This document shows positions 6,801-15,629 of a stretch of 41,899 bases of DNA, in pieces. The notes beneath the pieces are model-generated. The model was given only the letters and a program-made list of their open reading frames with translations, did not search any database and was not told the origin of the DNA. The position numbers and the translations under genes are program-made. The stretch is from assembly GCA_009885735.1 (NCBI GenBank), contig VFKD01000033.1:1-41899 (forward strand), given 5' to 3'. This DNA comes from a bacterium. GTDB taxonomy: Bacteria; Armatimonadota; Chthonomonadetes; Chthonomonadales; CAJBBX01. Positions within the stretch are counted from its first letter, which is position 1. The number at the start of each line of letters is the position of its first letter.

Positions 6801-9366
6801 CGATGCGCTGGGTTACCGGACGACCCCGGTCTACGATGCTGCGAGCAGGCAGATAGCCTGGCAGGATGCGCGAGGTTACCTCTCGACGACAGTCTATGAC
6901 GCTGCAGGCAGAGCCTCCGCCGGCGTCAATGCTCTCGGGTTCCGGACCTCCTTCAACTACGATGCCGCCTCGGAACAGGTCTCGGTCCAGGACGCCTTGG
7001 GCTTCCTGCACACAACCTCGTACGACGCAAACGGTCGGACGCTTGCAGCCGTCAACCCGCTTGGGTACCGCACCACGCCGGTCTACGATGCCGCCGGACG
7101 GATGCAGGCGCAGGTCGATGCGAACGGCAACCGCGTCACCACAGTCTACGACGCCCTGAGCAGGGTCCAGTCCCAGCAGGACGCAAGGGGCTACCTGACC
7201 AGCTTTGTCTTCGATGCGGTGGGGAACCAGCTTGCTGTCCAAAACGCGAGGGGCTGCCTCACCTCGTTTGGTTACGACGTGCGCAACATGCAGATAACCG
7301 AGCAGAACGCGCTCGGGACTCTCACCACGACCGTCTACGGGCCAACGGGATTGCGCATTAACCGAGTTGACGGTAACGGCAAGACCACGAGTTACGTCTA
7401 TGATGCAGCAAGTAGAGAGACCCAGGTGCGCTACCATGACGGGTCTCGGGTGACGAACAGCTACGATGCGCTGGGCCGGATTGCCACTCAGGCCTACTCA
7501 CTGGGAGTAGTCACGAACAGCTACAACGCCTTGGGGCAGTTAACGGGAGTCGCCTTTGCCCAGGCCGCGAACCGGTTCACCTACAGCTTCGACGGCGCAG
7601 GCAACCGAGCGGCGATGGTCATCGGCACAGGCGGGATATTCAGCTACAGCTATGACGCGATGAACGCCCTTTCAGCCATTCACAACCCGTACAATGAGCG
7701 AACCACTCTAACCTATGACGCCTTGGGCAGAGAGAGCCAGAGGGTTCTGGGCAACGGGGCGAAGATAACGTTTGCGTTTGATGCCGCCGGAAGAAACACC
7801 CTGCTCGACGCAAGGACCTCTGCAGGCGTGGGACTGGCCATCTACTCCGCGTCATACGACCCAGTCGGCAACCGGCTCGGGGTCCAGGAGCTTGACGGGA
7901 CGCTCGTGACCTACGGTTATGACTCAGGCTACCAGCTCACCAAAGACCAACGCAGCGGCGCGAACGCCTACAACAACAGCTTCACCTTCGACCCGACAGG
8001 CAACCGCCTCACCCGCTCCGCCTCGGGCTCGCTCAGCAACTACACCAGCAACGCGGCGGACCAGCTCACCCTCGTCCAGCCCGCAAGCGGCGCGCCGACG
8101 ACGCTCTCGTACGACCTGAACGGCAACATGACCTTGGAGAAGGCCGGGACGGTCGTTGACACCTACACCTGGGACCCAGAGAACCGGCTAAGCGTATGGA
8201 ACTCCGGGGCGTACAGCCAGTTGCAGACGTTCTCTTACGACCCGAGTGGCCTGAGAGTGCGGCGGGTCCTGCCGACTCGCACCGACAACCTGCTGAACGA
8301 CGACCAGAATGTCGCGCAAGTCGTCACCGGCGACCCGGTGGTCTACCAGCACCTGCCTCGCATTTGGGGCAGCCTCTTCTCGGTGCGATACTCGAACGCA
8401 AGCAAGATTGTCATCCCGGACTTCCAAGGACACAGCCGCCTGATGGTGAACAGTTCGCAGGCGATAACGGAGACGGCTATCTACGATGCGTGGGGCGCCG
8501 AAGTCCTGAACATGACTAGCGGCAAGCTCGACTTCCGTTCCTGGGGCGCGCTGGGTTACTTCCGGGACAGCCCCACGAGGAGCTATGTAAGGGCGCGGGA
8601 GCTGAGGAGGGACTGGGGGCGGTGGTTGAGCGTGGATCCGATTGGGTTCGCGGGTGGGAGTTGGTGTCTATACCAGTATGCATCTGCCTCACCTGTTAAC
8701 GTCTTCGACCCATCGGGCCTACAGGAGTGGGAAGGTAAGTGCTGTAGGTGTTGCTCGAACGATATTCGTGGCGACGCCACGTCGTGTAGCTATTCGTGTA
8801 CAATCAAAGATGCGTGCAAGGATTCCTTTAGCTCGCTTCCAAACAAATGCAACATCGACAGCATGACATTCTGTACGATAATGAATGATCACAAGCAATT
8901 GGGAGATTGCTGCCACGCAGCAAAGTTTGCAGACGTAGACCCTCAGTGCTTGTGTGGAGCCGCCCTCGTAGAACGCTCCTTCCGCACATCCTTGAATGAT
9001 ATCTGTGAGACTCTATGGTTCGAGGATACTGTCGGATGTGTACAGCTAGGCGTGGATACAGCACGAGCCGTATTCAAAGCTGCTAAGCGATGCTTGCCCG
9101 AGTTGCTCGCGGTGCTCGACCCACCAAAATCTGACTCGGAACTATTGAAGAAACTGCGCACTGACTGCAATTGGTCACTCAAAGTCATGGCTGTTTATGC
9201 CGCTGCATGGACAAGTCGTCGCTGCCAACTGAACCCAATTCCGTGTCGTAAGTGGGCGCTAGATATATGGAACCCTGGAGAGGACAATTTCAGAAAGAAC
9301 GTATTTCGGCCGCGAATGGAATGTGTACTAGACAACTTCAAGAACCCTTGCGCTAAGCTCAAATAG
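3808..9366 (+). CDS. Rhs/YD-repeat family polymorphic toxin (1852 aa) with an unassigned Cys-rich C-terminal domain
   Basis: There are dozens of ~21-aa YD repeats (..GYRSTTVYDAAGR..A..DALG..) from about 4300 to 8200. The Rhs-associated core ends at VNVFDPSGLQ (DPSGL at 8707-8721). A ~213-aa tail (8725-9363) with ~21 Cys follows and is visibly more A/T-rich than the body. An AAGGA sequence lies upstream of ATG 3808. Confidence 0.95.
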   Translation: MIRTIDPKQLGIPTLVLPPGFGEAPACRRCVEFSPGPRLDGTLLVDPEIHLPSPGMDVDIAYFYNGNSTYNGPYGYGRTISPNQLAVASGVNAIVTLQRGDGSLVSFQDDGAGTFRAKTPGLLNSLVKDTTNSYWKESTLDGQTLAYPLNTTGMVTSIAYQEDASGNRHSFLYSSGRLETLQDAVGRRVSFSYDGNNLLQSIQDWADRRTTFQYDTVSVSGKPLLATLIGPSGCQTVYGYTTAYLAGLPALTRIVDPNGYETTYMYDQQGRITSRDVAGAGITTYLYQPTTMIHIDAVGQVATLTMDSSFALLQEQSPAGYILTYTRNSQGQVTASQNPLGYACTTSYNANGTTGGAVDALGYMTTVQRDAYSNATTMVFADGTIATMLYGYAGSSFDTTGVKRKVQVAIGPTGTRTTTLYNARGQETSVQDPLGGFVSYSYDSLGDRVSATDPTGRTTSYVHDAAGNVIGIVDMLGYRSSFSYDSHNRRLTETDPLGYTRTVAYDSVGNKVVEIDPLGMRLTWTYNVFDKPVDVVNMLGYRATSVYDSLGRMTAQVDQLGYRTSFLYNSAGLAEAVVNPLGYRSTTVYDAAGRPIAQVDALGNRSTAVYNANNQVIASQNALGYLSTTVFDSLGRVSAQVDALANRTTTVYGQSGQPVAVVNPLGYRSTTVYDNSGRAIARQDSLGYLSTTVYDAAGRPVASVDALNSRWTTLYDEVGRRQAQQDPLGYRSTTVYDAASRAIAGVDALGYRSTSVYDAAGHRIASQDPLGNLATVVYDVLGRAQASIDPLGNRGTALYDAVGRTIASQNPLGYLSSTVYDAAGQAVGSVDALGIRSTTVYDAAGRAEARLDPLGNRYTSVYDAANRTIAGVDALGYRSTTNYDAAGRYQSSIDALGRMSTTLYDAASRMVASQDMLGYRNTTVYDAANRRIAGQDANGNLSTTVYDAAGRALAFQDALGYLSTSVYDAAGRTIASVDALGNRSTTQYDAAGRVQASVDALGYRTTPVYDAASRQIAWQDARGYLSTTVYDAAGRASAGVNALGFRTSFNYDAASEQVSVQDALGFLHTTSYDANGRTLAAVNPLGYRTTPVYDAAGRMQAQVDANGNRVTTVYDALSRVQSQQDARGYLTSFVFDAVGNQLAVQNARGCLTSFGYDVRNMQITEQNALGTLTTTVYGPTGLRINRVDGNGKTTSYVYDAASRETQVRYHDGSRVTNSYDALGRIATQAYSLGVVTNSYNALGQLTGVAFAQAANRFTYSFDGAGNRAAMVIGTGGIFSYSYDAMNALSAIHNPYNERTTLTYDALGRESQRVLGNGAKITFAFDAAGRNTLLDARTSAGVGLAIYSASYDPVGNRLGVQELDGTLVTYGYDSGYQLTKDQRSGANAYNNSFTFDPTGNRLTRSASGSLSNYTSNAADQLTLVQPASGAPTTLSYDLNGNMTLEKAGTVVDTYTWDPENRLSVWNSGAYSQLQTFSYDPSGLRVRRVLPTRTDNLLNDDQNVAQVVTGDPVVYQHLPRIWGSLFSVRYSNASKIVIPDFQGHSRLMVNSSQAITETAIYDAWGAEVLNMTSGKLDFRSWGALGYFRDSPTRSYVRARELRRDWGRWLSVDPIGFAGGSWCLYQYASASPVNVFDPSGLQEWEGKCCRCCSNDIRGDATSCSYSCTIKDACKDSFSSLPNKCNIDSMTFCTIMNDHKQLGDCCHAAKFADVDPQCLCGAALVERSFRTSLNDICETLWFEDTVGCVQLGVDTARAVFKAAKRCLPELLAVLDPPKSDSELLKKLRTDCNWSLKVMAVYAAAWTSRRCQLNPIPCRKWALDIWNPGEDNFRKNVFRPRMECVLDNFKNPCAKLK

Positions 9367-9385
9367 AGCTCGATCGGAATTACCG

Positions 9386-9766
9386 ATGAACCGTGGTCTA
9401 TCAAGATGTAGTTCACTGCTGTTGTTCGCCATCGTTGTAGTCGGTGTTGTCGTTCCTGTATCCTATGTTGTAGCGAGGCAGCGCTCCGGCCTGAACCGTC
9501 AGCTCTGGCAGGTTGCAGGGCTTGGCGATCTCGAGATTGGTAAAACGCTCATTGATAAGGGTGCCAATCCTGATGCACGATATGAGAATGGTAAGACTTT
9601 ACTTATGCTCGCAGCCGAGCGTGATATGGTGGAGGCCGTGCGGGTCTTGAAGCAATTGGGTGCTTCTCTAGACCTTGTCGATAACGACGGGAATACGGTT
9701 GAGTACTACGCCCGCAAGTCACAGAATCCTCGCATTGTTGAAATGCTCTCAGTCGATCACAATTGA
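9386..9766 (+). CDS. Membrane-anchored ankyrin-repeat protein, candidate immunity protein for the Rhs C-terminal toxin
   Basis: It starts 20 nt after the Rhs stop. There is an N-terminal hydrophobic anchor (SSLLLFAIVVVGVVVPVSYVV). Two ankyrin-like repeats follow (GKTLIDKGANPDARYENGKTLLMLAAERDMVEAVRVLKQLGASLDLVDNDGNTVEYYA). It shares the lower-GC composition of the toxin tail. Confidence 0.8.
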   Translation: MNRGLSRCSSLLLFAIVVVGVVVPVSYVVARQRSGLNRQLWQVAGLGDLEIGKTLIDKGANPDARYENGKTLLMLAAERDMVEAVRVLKQLGASLDLVDNDGNTVEYYARKSQNPRIVEMLSVDHN

Positions 9767-9949
9767 CCTAATTGTCGTGATATTGGTCGCTTGTACAAAC
9801 TACCGATTAGCCCAATATGCCACTATTCCGAACGAATTGACACATCAATACATTAGGCGGATCGATGCATGAATGTGAGCACGCTAGTCGTGGAGGTTCG
9901 ACGCTGGGCTGCGGACCTTATTGTATTGGAGTTAACATAGAGAGTATCC

Positions 9950-10651
9950 ATGATCCGCACCATCGACCCTAACCAGTTAGGCATCCCTACCCTGATTCTT
10001 CCTCCAGGGATTGGGGGCACGCCTTCGCGTCCCTCGGAAGCGCCTGCCTGCCGCAGGTGCGTCGAGTTCAGCCCTGGTCCTCGCCTGGACGGCACACTCC
10101 TGGTCGACCCCGAGATCCACCTGCCCTCACCCGGCATGGATGTGGACATCGCCTACTTCTACAACGGCAACTCGACCTACAACGGTCCCTACGGCTACGG
10201 GCGCACCATCTCTCCGAACCTGCTGGCTGTCGCGAGCGGCGTGAACGCCATTGTCACCCTGCAGCGGGGCGACGGCTCCTTGGTGAGCTTCCAGGATGAC
10301 GGGTCTGGCACGTTCGTCGCGAAGACCCCAGGGCTCTTGAACAGCCTGGTGAAGGACACCACCAACAGCTACTGGAAAGAGAGCACGCTCGACGGTCAGA
10401 CACTCGCGTATCCTCTCAATACCAGTGGCATGGTGACGAGCATCGCCTACCAGGAGGACGCTTCCGGCAACCGGCACTCCTTCGTCTACTCCAGCGGGCG
10501 CTTGGAGACCCTGCAGGATGCGGTCGGCGGGCGGGCTTCAGTCGCCATATCGAAGTCGAGCGTGATTCGGTGCCGGTTGCCTTGCGACAAGGTTCTGCTC
10601 GCACGTATCCCGCGCCTCCGCCCCCGTTCGCTTCAGTCTGGCGCCGGTTGA
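9950..10651 (+). pseudogene. Truncated second copy of the Rhs N-terminal module (about the first 195 codons only)
   Basis: 9950-~10537 parallels 3808-~4372 (MIRTIDP.QLGIPTL.LPPG...SSGRLETLQDAVG.R), with a 7-codon insertion near 10011-10031. After ~10537 the similarity stops and the frame runs into an unrelated 38-codon tail. No YD repeats or core follow. Confidence 0.8.
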
Positions 10652-10694
10652 TTTTGAGGTTCGAATCCTGCTAAACTATGCAATAAGCTCGTGA

Positions 10695-12167
<1,473 letters not shown>

Positions 12168-12188
12168 GTCGCTCGCTGGGAGACTGTA

Positions 12189-12602
12189 ATGGCAACGTTC
12201 TTGCTGGAACTAGTGACGCCCGAGCGCGTGCTATTCTCGGACCAGGTGCGCGCTGTGCGCGTCCCTGGGATAGAGGGTTCGCTAGGCGTATTGGCGGGCC
12301 ACGCCCCGCTCATGACGGCGCTCGACGTGGGCTTGCTTAAGATCGACCATGTCAATGGCGACGTCGAGTATGTGGCAACGAGCGGCGGGTTTGTAGAGGT
12401 GAATCGCGACAAGGTCGTCGTCTTGGCTGATACTGCCGAGCGCGCATCCGACATCGATCTTGCGCGGGCCGAGGCGGCTATTGCCGTGGCTCGCGAGAAC
12501 CTCCGCGGCGGCGAGGTGGACTATGGCGACGCGAGCGCCACCCTCGCTCGCGCGACCAACCGATTGAAAATCGCTCAAATGCAGCAGCAGGACCGACAGT
12601 AG
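12189..12602 (+). CDS. atpC: F1 ATP synthase epsilon subunit
   Basis: 137 aa, 21 nt downstream of atpD. It shows the typical epsilon N-terminal beta-sandwich sequence (LELVTPERVLFSDQV..V.VPG.EG.LGVL.GHAP) and a C-terminal helical hairpin. Confidence 0.95.
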   Translation: MATFLLELVTPERVLFSDQVRAVRVPGIEGSLGVLAGHAPLMTALDVGLLKIDHVNGDVEYVATSGGFVEVNRDKVVVLADTAERASDIDLARAEAAIAVARENLRGGEVDYGDASATLARATNRLKIAQMQQQDRQ

Positions 12603-12633
12603 CCTACGCCCAGGACCGTTCACAAACACGAAC

Positions 12634-12732
12634 CCGCTCGTCCTGAGCGCGGCAGTTCCGCTCATCCTGAGCCAGCCACAGCCGCATCGTGGCAGTGTCG
12701 AAGGACCGTATCGAAGCGCAGTCGAAGGGTGC
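12634..12732. repeat. Tandem/compound copy of the dispersed CCGCTC.TCCTGAGC...GTCGAAGG repeat
   Basis: ccgctcgtcctgagcgcggcagttccgctcatcctgagccagccacagccgcatcgtggcagtgtcgaaggaccgtatcgaagcgcagtcgaagggtgc. It sits between the atpC stop and its terminator hairpin. Confidence 0.75.
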
Positions 12733-12779
12733 GTCACATGTAAACCCGACGAGCACCTTAGCGTGCGCGCAACACAATG

Positions 12780-12813
12780 GCCCTCCTTGCAGCACACGAG
12801 GAGGGCTTCTTTG
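12780..12813 (+). terminator. Rho-independent terminator downstream of atpDC
   Basis: 8-bp stem gccctcct/aggagggc (12780-12787 / 12799-12806), an 11-nt loop, then ttctttg. Confidence 0.7.
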
Positions 12814-12952
12814 CGTCCTGCCACTTCAGAACTCGGTTTCCGGATTCACCGCGCTGGTTCGAGTATCTCTGTATCAATTTCACCGCCGAAGGTCCAGAGC
12901 CCTGGTTGGTTGAACTTACTGACGAACTCCTTCGAGCAAGGCGCAGGACAAT

Positions 12953-14395
12953 ATGATTCGCAGCATTCGCCTTACAAACTTCATGTCTCATACGGATACC
13001 ACCATTGAGCTCCCGGACGGGCTGACGGTGGTCGTCGGACCAAACAACTGCGGCAAGAGCGCGATTGTGGAGGCTCTGCGCGGTGTGTGCGAGAACACCT
13101 CGAGCGACTACATGATTCGCCACGGGTGCCGCGAAGCGCGCGTAACGGTCACCACAGCGGAGGGCGACGAGATTGAGTGGATCCGGCGCAAGGCAAGTTC
13201 TGCTTACAGGCTCAACGGTGTTGAGTATTCCCGGCTGGGCAAGGGGGGAGTGCCCGATGAGGTACGCGACGCCCTTCGGCTAGACAAAGTTGAGGTCAGC
13301 GCGACCGATTCCGAGGATGTACACATCGGAACGCAGAAGGAACCCATCTTTCTGCTGAACCGCCAGAAGCATGCGGCAGCCTTCTTTGCCTCCGTGTCGG
13401 ACGCAGGCAAGCTCCGCGAGATGCAGCGACTTCACGGCCAGCGCCACCTTCAGCGTGAGAGGGAACTCGTTGCGAGCGCGAAGGCTGAGAATCAGTTGCT
13501 CCACAGGCTCTCCATCCTCGACCCGGTCGAGGGCGCCATCATGATGATTAGTGGTGCGGACGAGCTGGCTCAGCAGGCTGCCGGCTTCGAGCGATCCGGC
13601 GAGCAGCTTGTTGGTCGCATTGCCAAGCTTGGACAAGCGATTCGGTTCGAGTTGGAGATTGCCTACCGCGCCAGCGCATTGAGTTCTCTCCGAGCAGTTC
13701 CAACACTTAAGCCGGCAGGCCACGTTCGGCAGGTTGTTGTTGCGCTGAAGTTAGCTGTCTATGCAGAGTCGCTTCACCAGGCGCGTGTGGCCGCCTCTTC
13801 GAAACTGACCCGTCCTCCCACTCTGGCCGACACCCGCACCGCGCGGCAGCTAGTTGACGCCCTGGATTCCGCCATTTGTGCGCAAGTCCGGCCCGAGGCG
13901 CGACTTGCCGCTTCGTCTGGGCTGACCGTGCCGCCAACTCTTTCCGACACTCGAGCACTCAATAGAGTGCTCCTGGGCATCCTCCGATGCCGGCACAATG
14001 CCACTCGGCACGGAGCCGTCTACTCGGCGCTCGAGACGATGAGACCGCCTGCCGTGGTGCAGAACACGGAGCAGATTCGGACGATGATCGGCAAGCTAAT
14101 GATTGCTGGATCCGCATCAGCGACCGCTCAGCGGAGGCTCGGAATCGTCCATTCGGTGCAGGAGCCACCTCCAACACGGGATATCTCAGCGCTGAGCAAG
14201 AGCGTTCGTCTGGTTCAGACGGCCTCTGAAGGAGTCGCAGCGGCTCAACGTGCTTTGAGCACAACCGAGATGCGATGCCAAGAGGAATACAAGAGCCTCG
14301 AAGCCGCCTGCAGGCATGCGCCTCCGTGCCCAGTGTGCGGCCAGCCGAGAACCCTGGAACAGACACTCGCAGGAGCAGGCAGTGCCCAGCGATAA
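12953..14395 (+). CDS. Rad50/SbcC-like ABC/SMC-type ATPase, N-terminal head lobe plus helical arm ending in a CxxC hook-like motif
   Basis: The N-terminus MIRSIRLTNFMSHTDTTIELPDGLTVVVGPNNCGKSAIVEAL is the RecF/RecN/SbcC-type start with Walker A. About 300 aa of helical region follow, containing five degenerate ~39-aa repeats. CPVCG lies at 14327-14341, 17 codons before the stop. There is no Walker B or signature motif in this polypeptide. Confidence 0.8.
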   Translation: MIRSIRLTNFMSHTDTTIELPDGLTVVVGPNNCGKSAIVEALRGVCENTSSDYMIRHGCREARVTVTTAEGDEIEWIRRKASSAYRLNGVEYSRLGKGGVPDEVRDALRLDKVEVSATDSEDVHIGTQKEPIFLLNRQKHAAAFFASVSDAGKLREMQRLHGQRHLQRERELVASAKAENQLLHRLSILDPVEGAIMMISGADELAQQAAGFERSGEQLVGRIAKLGQAIRFELEIAYRASALSSLRAVPTLKPAGHVRQVVVALKLAVYAESLHQARVAASSKLTRPPTLADTRTARQLVDALDSAICAQVRPEARLAASSGLTVPPTLSDTRALNRVLLGILRCRHNATRHGAVYSALETMRPPAVVQNTEQIRTMIGKLMIAGSASATAQRRLGIVHSVQEPPPTRDISALSKSVRLVQTASEGVAAAQRALSTTEMRCQEEYKSLEAACRHAPPCPVCGQPRTLEQTLAGAGSAQR

Positions 14396-15368
14396 CTACT
14401 CCGGGATACTCTTCATCGGCGATCCTCACCTAAGCGACCGGACCGTGGGATTTCGCCGGGACAACTACTGTGAGACGATTCTGGGCAAACTCGAATGGTC
14501 GCTCGATCTCGCGAACAGCCAGAATCTGCTGCCTGCGCTTCTGGGCGACTTGTTTCACTTTCCGCGAGACAACTCCAATTCTCTCTTGGTTCGGCTGATG
14601 CGCCTGTTGGAACGCCAAACAGTCCTCGGGATCGTAGGCAATCACGATGTGGCCACGAACTCTCTGGAAGACGAGGCGTCGCTAGCAATTCTTCACCAGA
14701 GTGGGTGCATTCGGCTCGTCGATGTGGACGGCCCTTGGGTTGGGACGGTTTCTGGTCGCACCGTGGTGGTGGGCGGAACCACGTGGAGCGCGAAGGTGCC
14801 GAAGTCGGTCGACACTCAGTCGCTCAGCCAGGATGCGAACCGATATGTGGTCTGGCTTACCCACGACAATGTTCAGTTCGCGGGCTTCGAAGGCGAGAGG
14901 CGGCTTGTTCCGCACCGCATCGAGGGAGTAGACCTCGTGGTGAACGGGCACATCCATCGGCCGCTTCCTGCGGCGATGGCCAACGGCACGCTTTGGATCA
15001 ATCCCGGCAACATCTCCAGGATTGCTCGAGCAGATGCAGGCCGTGATAGGCAGCCAAGCGTGACGGAGTTGACATTCGACGCTGTCTCTGGAGAACCGAG
15101 ACTCGGAACCCACATCGTGCCGCACCTTCCATTCGAGGAGGCATTCCATGAGCTGGGCGATCTGCCCGAAAGCGATGAGGCGGTCTCACCCACAGTGCTT
15201 GGATTGAGGGAGCTTACCGCCCTCCGAACGGCGGGAGGCGAGGGACTGATGAACTTTTTGGACAGGAACCTGGATTCCGACCCAGCGGAAATTCGAGCCG
15301 AGATACTCTCGCTCGCAAAGGAGGTAATAGGAGATGAGCAGTTCAGCGCCTACCATCGAGGAGCTTAG
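14382..15368 (+). CDS. Mre11/SbcD-like calcineurin-type metallophosphoesterase (putative nuclease)
   Basis: All five phosphoesterase motifs are present: GDPH, GDLFH, GNHD, LTHD, NGHIH. A GTG at 14382, preceded by AGGAG (14371-14375), overlaps the upstream stop by 14 nt. The ORF track's start at 14316 would overlap by 80 nt. Confidence 0.85.
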   Translation: MPSDNYSGILFIGDPHLSDRTVGFRRDNYCETILGKLEWSLDLANSQNLLPALLGDLFHFPRDNSNSLLVRLMRLLERQTVLGIVGNHDVATNSLEDEASLAILHQSGCIRLVDVDGPWVGTVSGRTVVVGGTTWSAKVPKSVDTQSLSQDANRYVVWLTHDNVQFAGFEGERRLVPHRIEGVDLVVNGHIHRPLPAAMANGTLWINPGNISRIARADAGRDRQPSVTELTFDAVSGEPRLGTHIVPHLPFEEAFHELGDLPESDEAVSPTVLGLRELTALRTAGGEGLMNFLDRNLDSDPAEIRAEILSLAKEVIGDEQFSAYHRGA

Positions 15369-15627
15369 CGCCCGGTATCAGAAGCTCGACAGGCAGCGCA
15401 CTGTCGAGCAGACAAATCTGGAGAATGCGCGCAAGAACCTCGCCGCGCTTGAGGCGGAGGCGATCGAGGCCTACGGCACCAAGGACATCAAGGCCCTACA
15501 GACTATGCTGGCCGAGATGGAGTCCGATAACGAGAGGCTGGTTCTCGAGTATGCGGGCGAACTTGACAAGATACAGGCGAATCTGGCGGCTGTGGAAAGT
15601 GGGCTGCAAAATGAGGCGCAGGGCTAG
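15334..15627 (+). CDS. Small (97 aa) predicted coiled-coil protein of the split Rad50-like operon
   Basis: ATG 15334 is preceded by AAGGAGG (15318-15324) and overlaps the phosphoesterase gene by 35 nt. The sequence is heptad-like and Glu/Ala/Leu-rich (LENARKNLAALEAEAIEAYG...LAEMESDNERLVLEYAGELDKIQANLAAVE). Confidence 0.55.
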   Translation: MSSSAPTIEELSARYQKLDRQRTVEQTNLENARKNLAALEAEAIEAYGTKDIKALQTMLAEMESDNERLVLEYAGELDKIQANLAAVESGLQNEAQG

Positions 15628-15629
15628 CC

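Noticed and set aside
4300-8200. A regular ~63-nt periodicity (gtctacgacgc.gc.gg...), which might be mistaken for a CRISPR array or a tandem DNA repeat.
   Set aside because: The periodicity is the coding YD repeat of a single long ORF. The units are degenerate at the nucleotide level, there are no conserved direct repeats separated by unique spacers, and there are no cas genes.
10658-10668. GGTTCGAATCC, a T-loop-like sequence suggesting a tRNA gene.
   Set aside because: The flanking bases pair for only ~3 bp of a T-stem (tgagg/cctgc). No acceptor stem, anticodon arm or D-arm can be drawn from the preceding ~70 nt. At most it is a remnant, and it is noted under the island-boundary finding.
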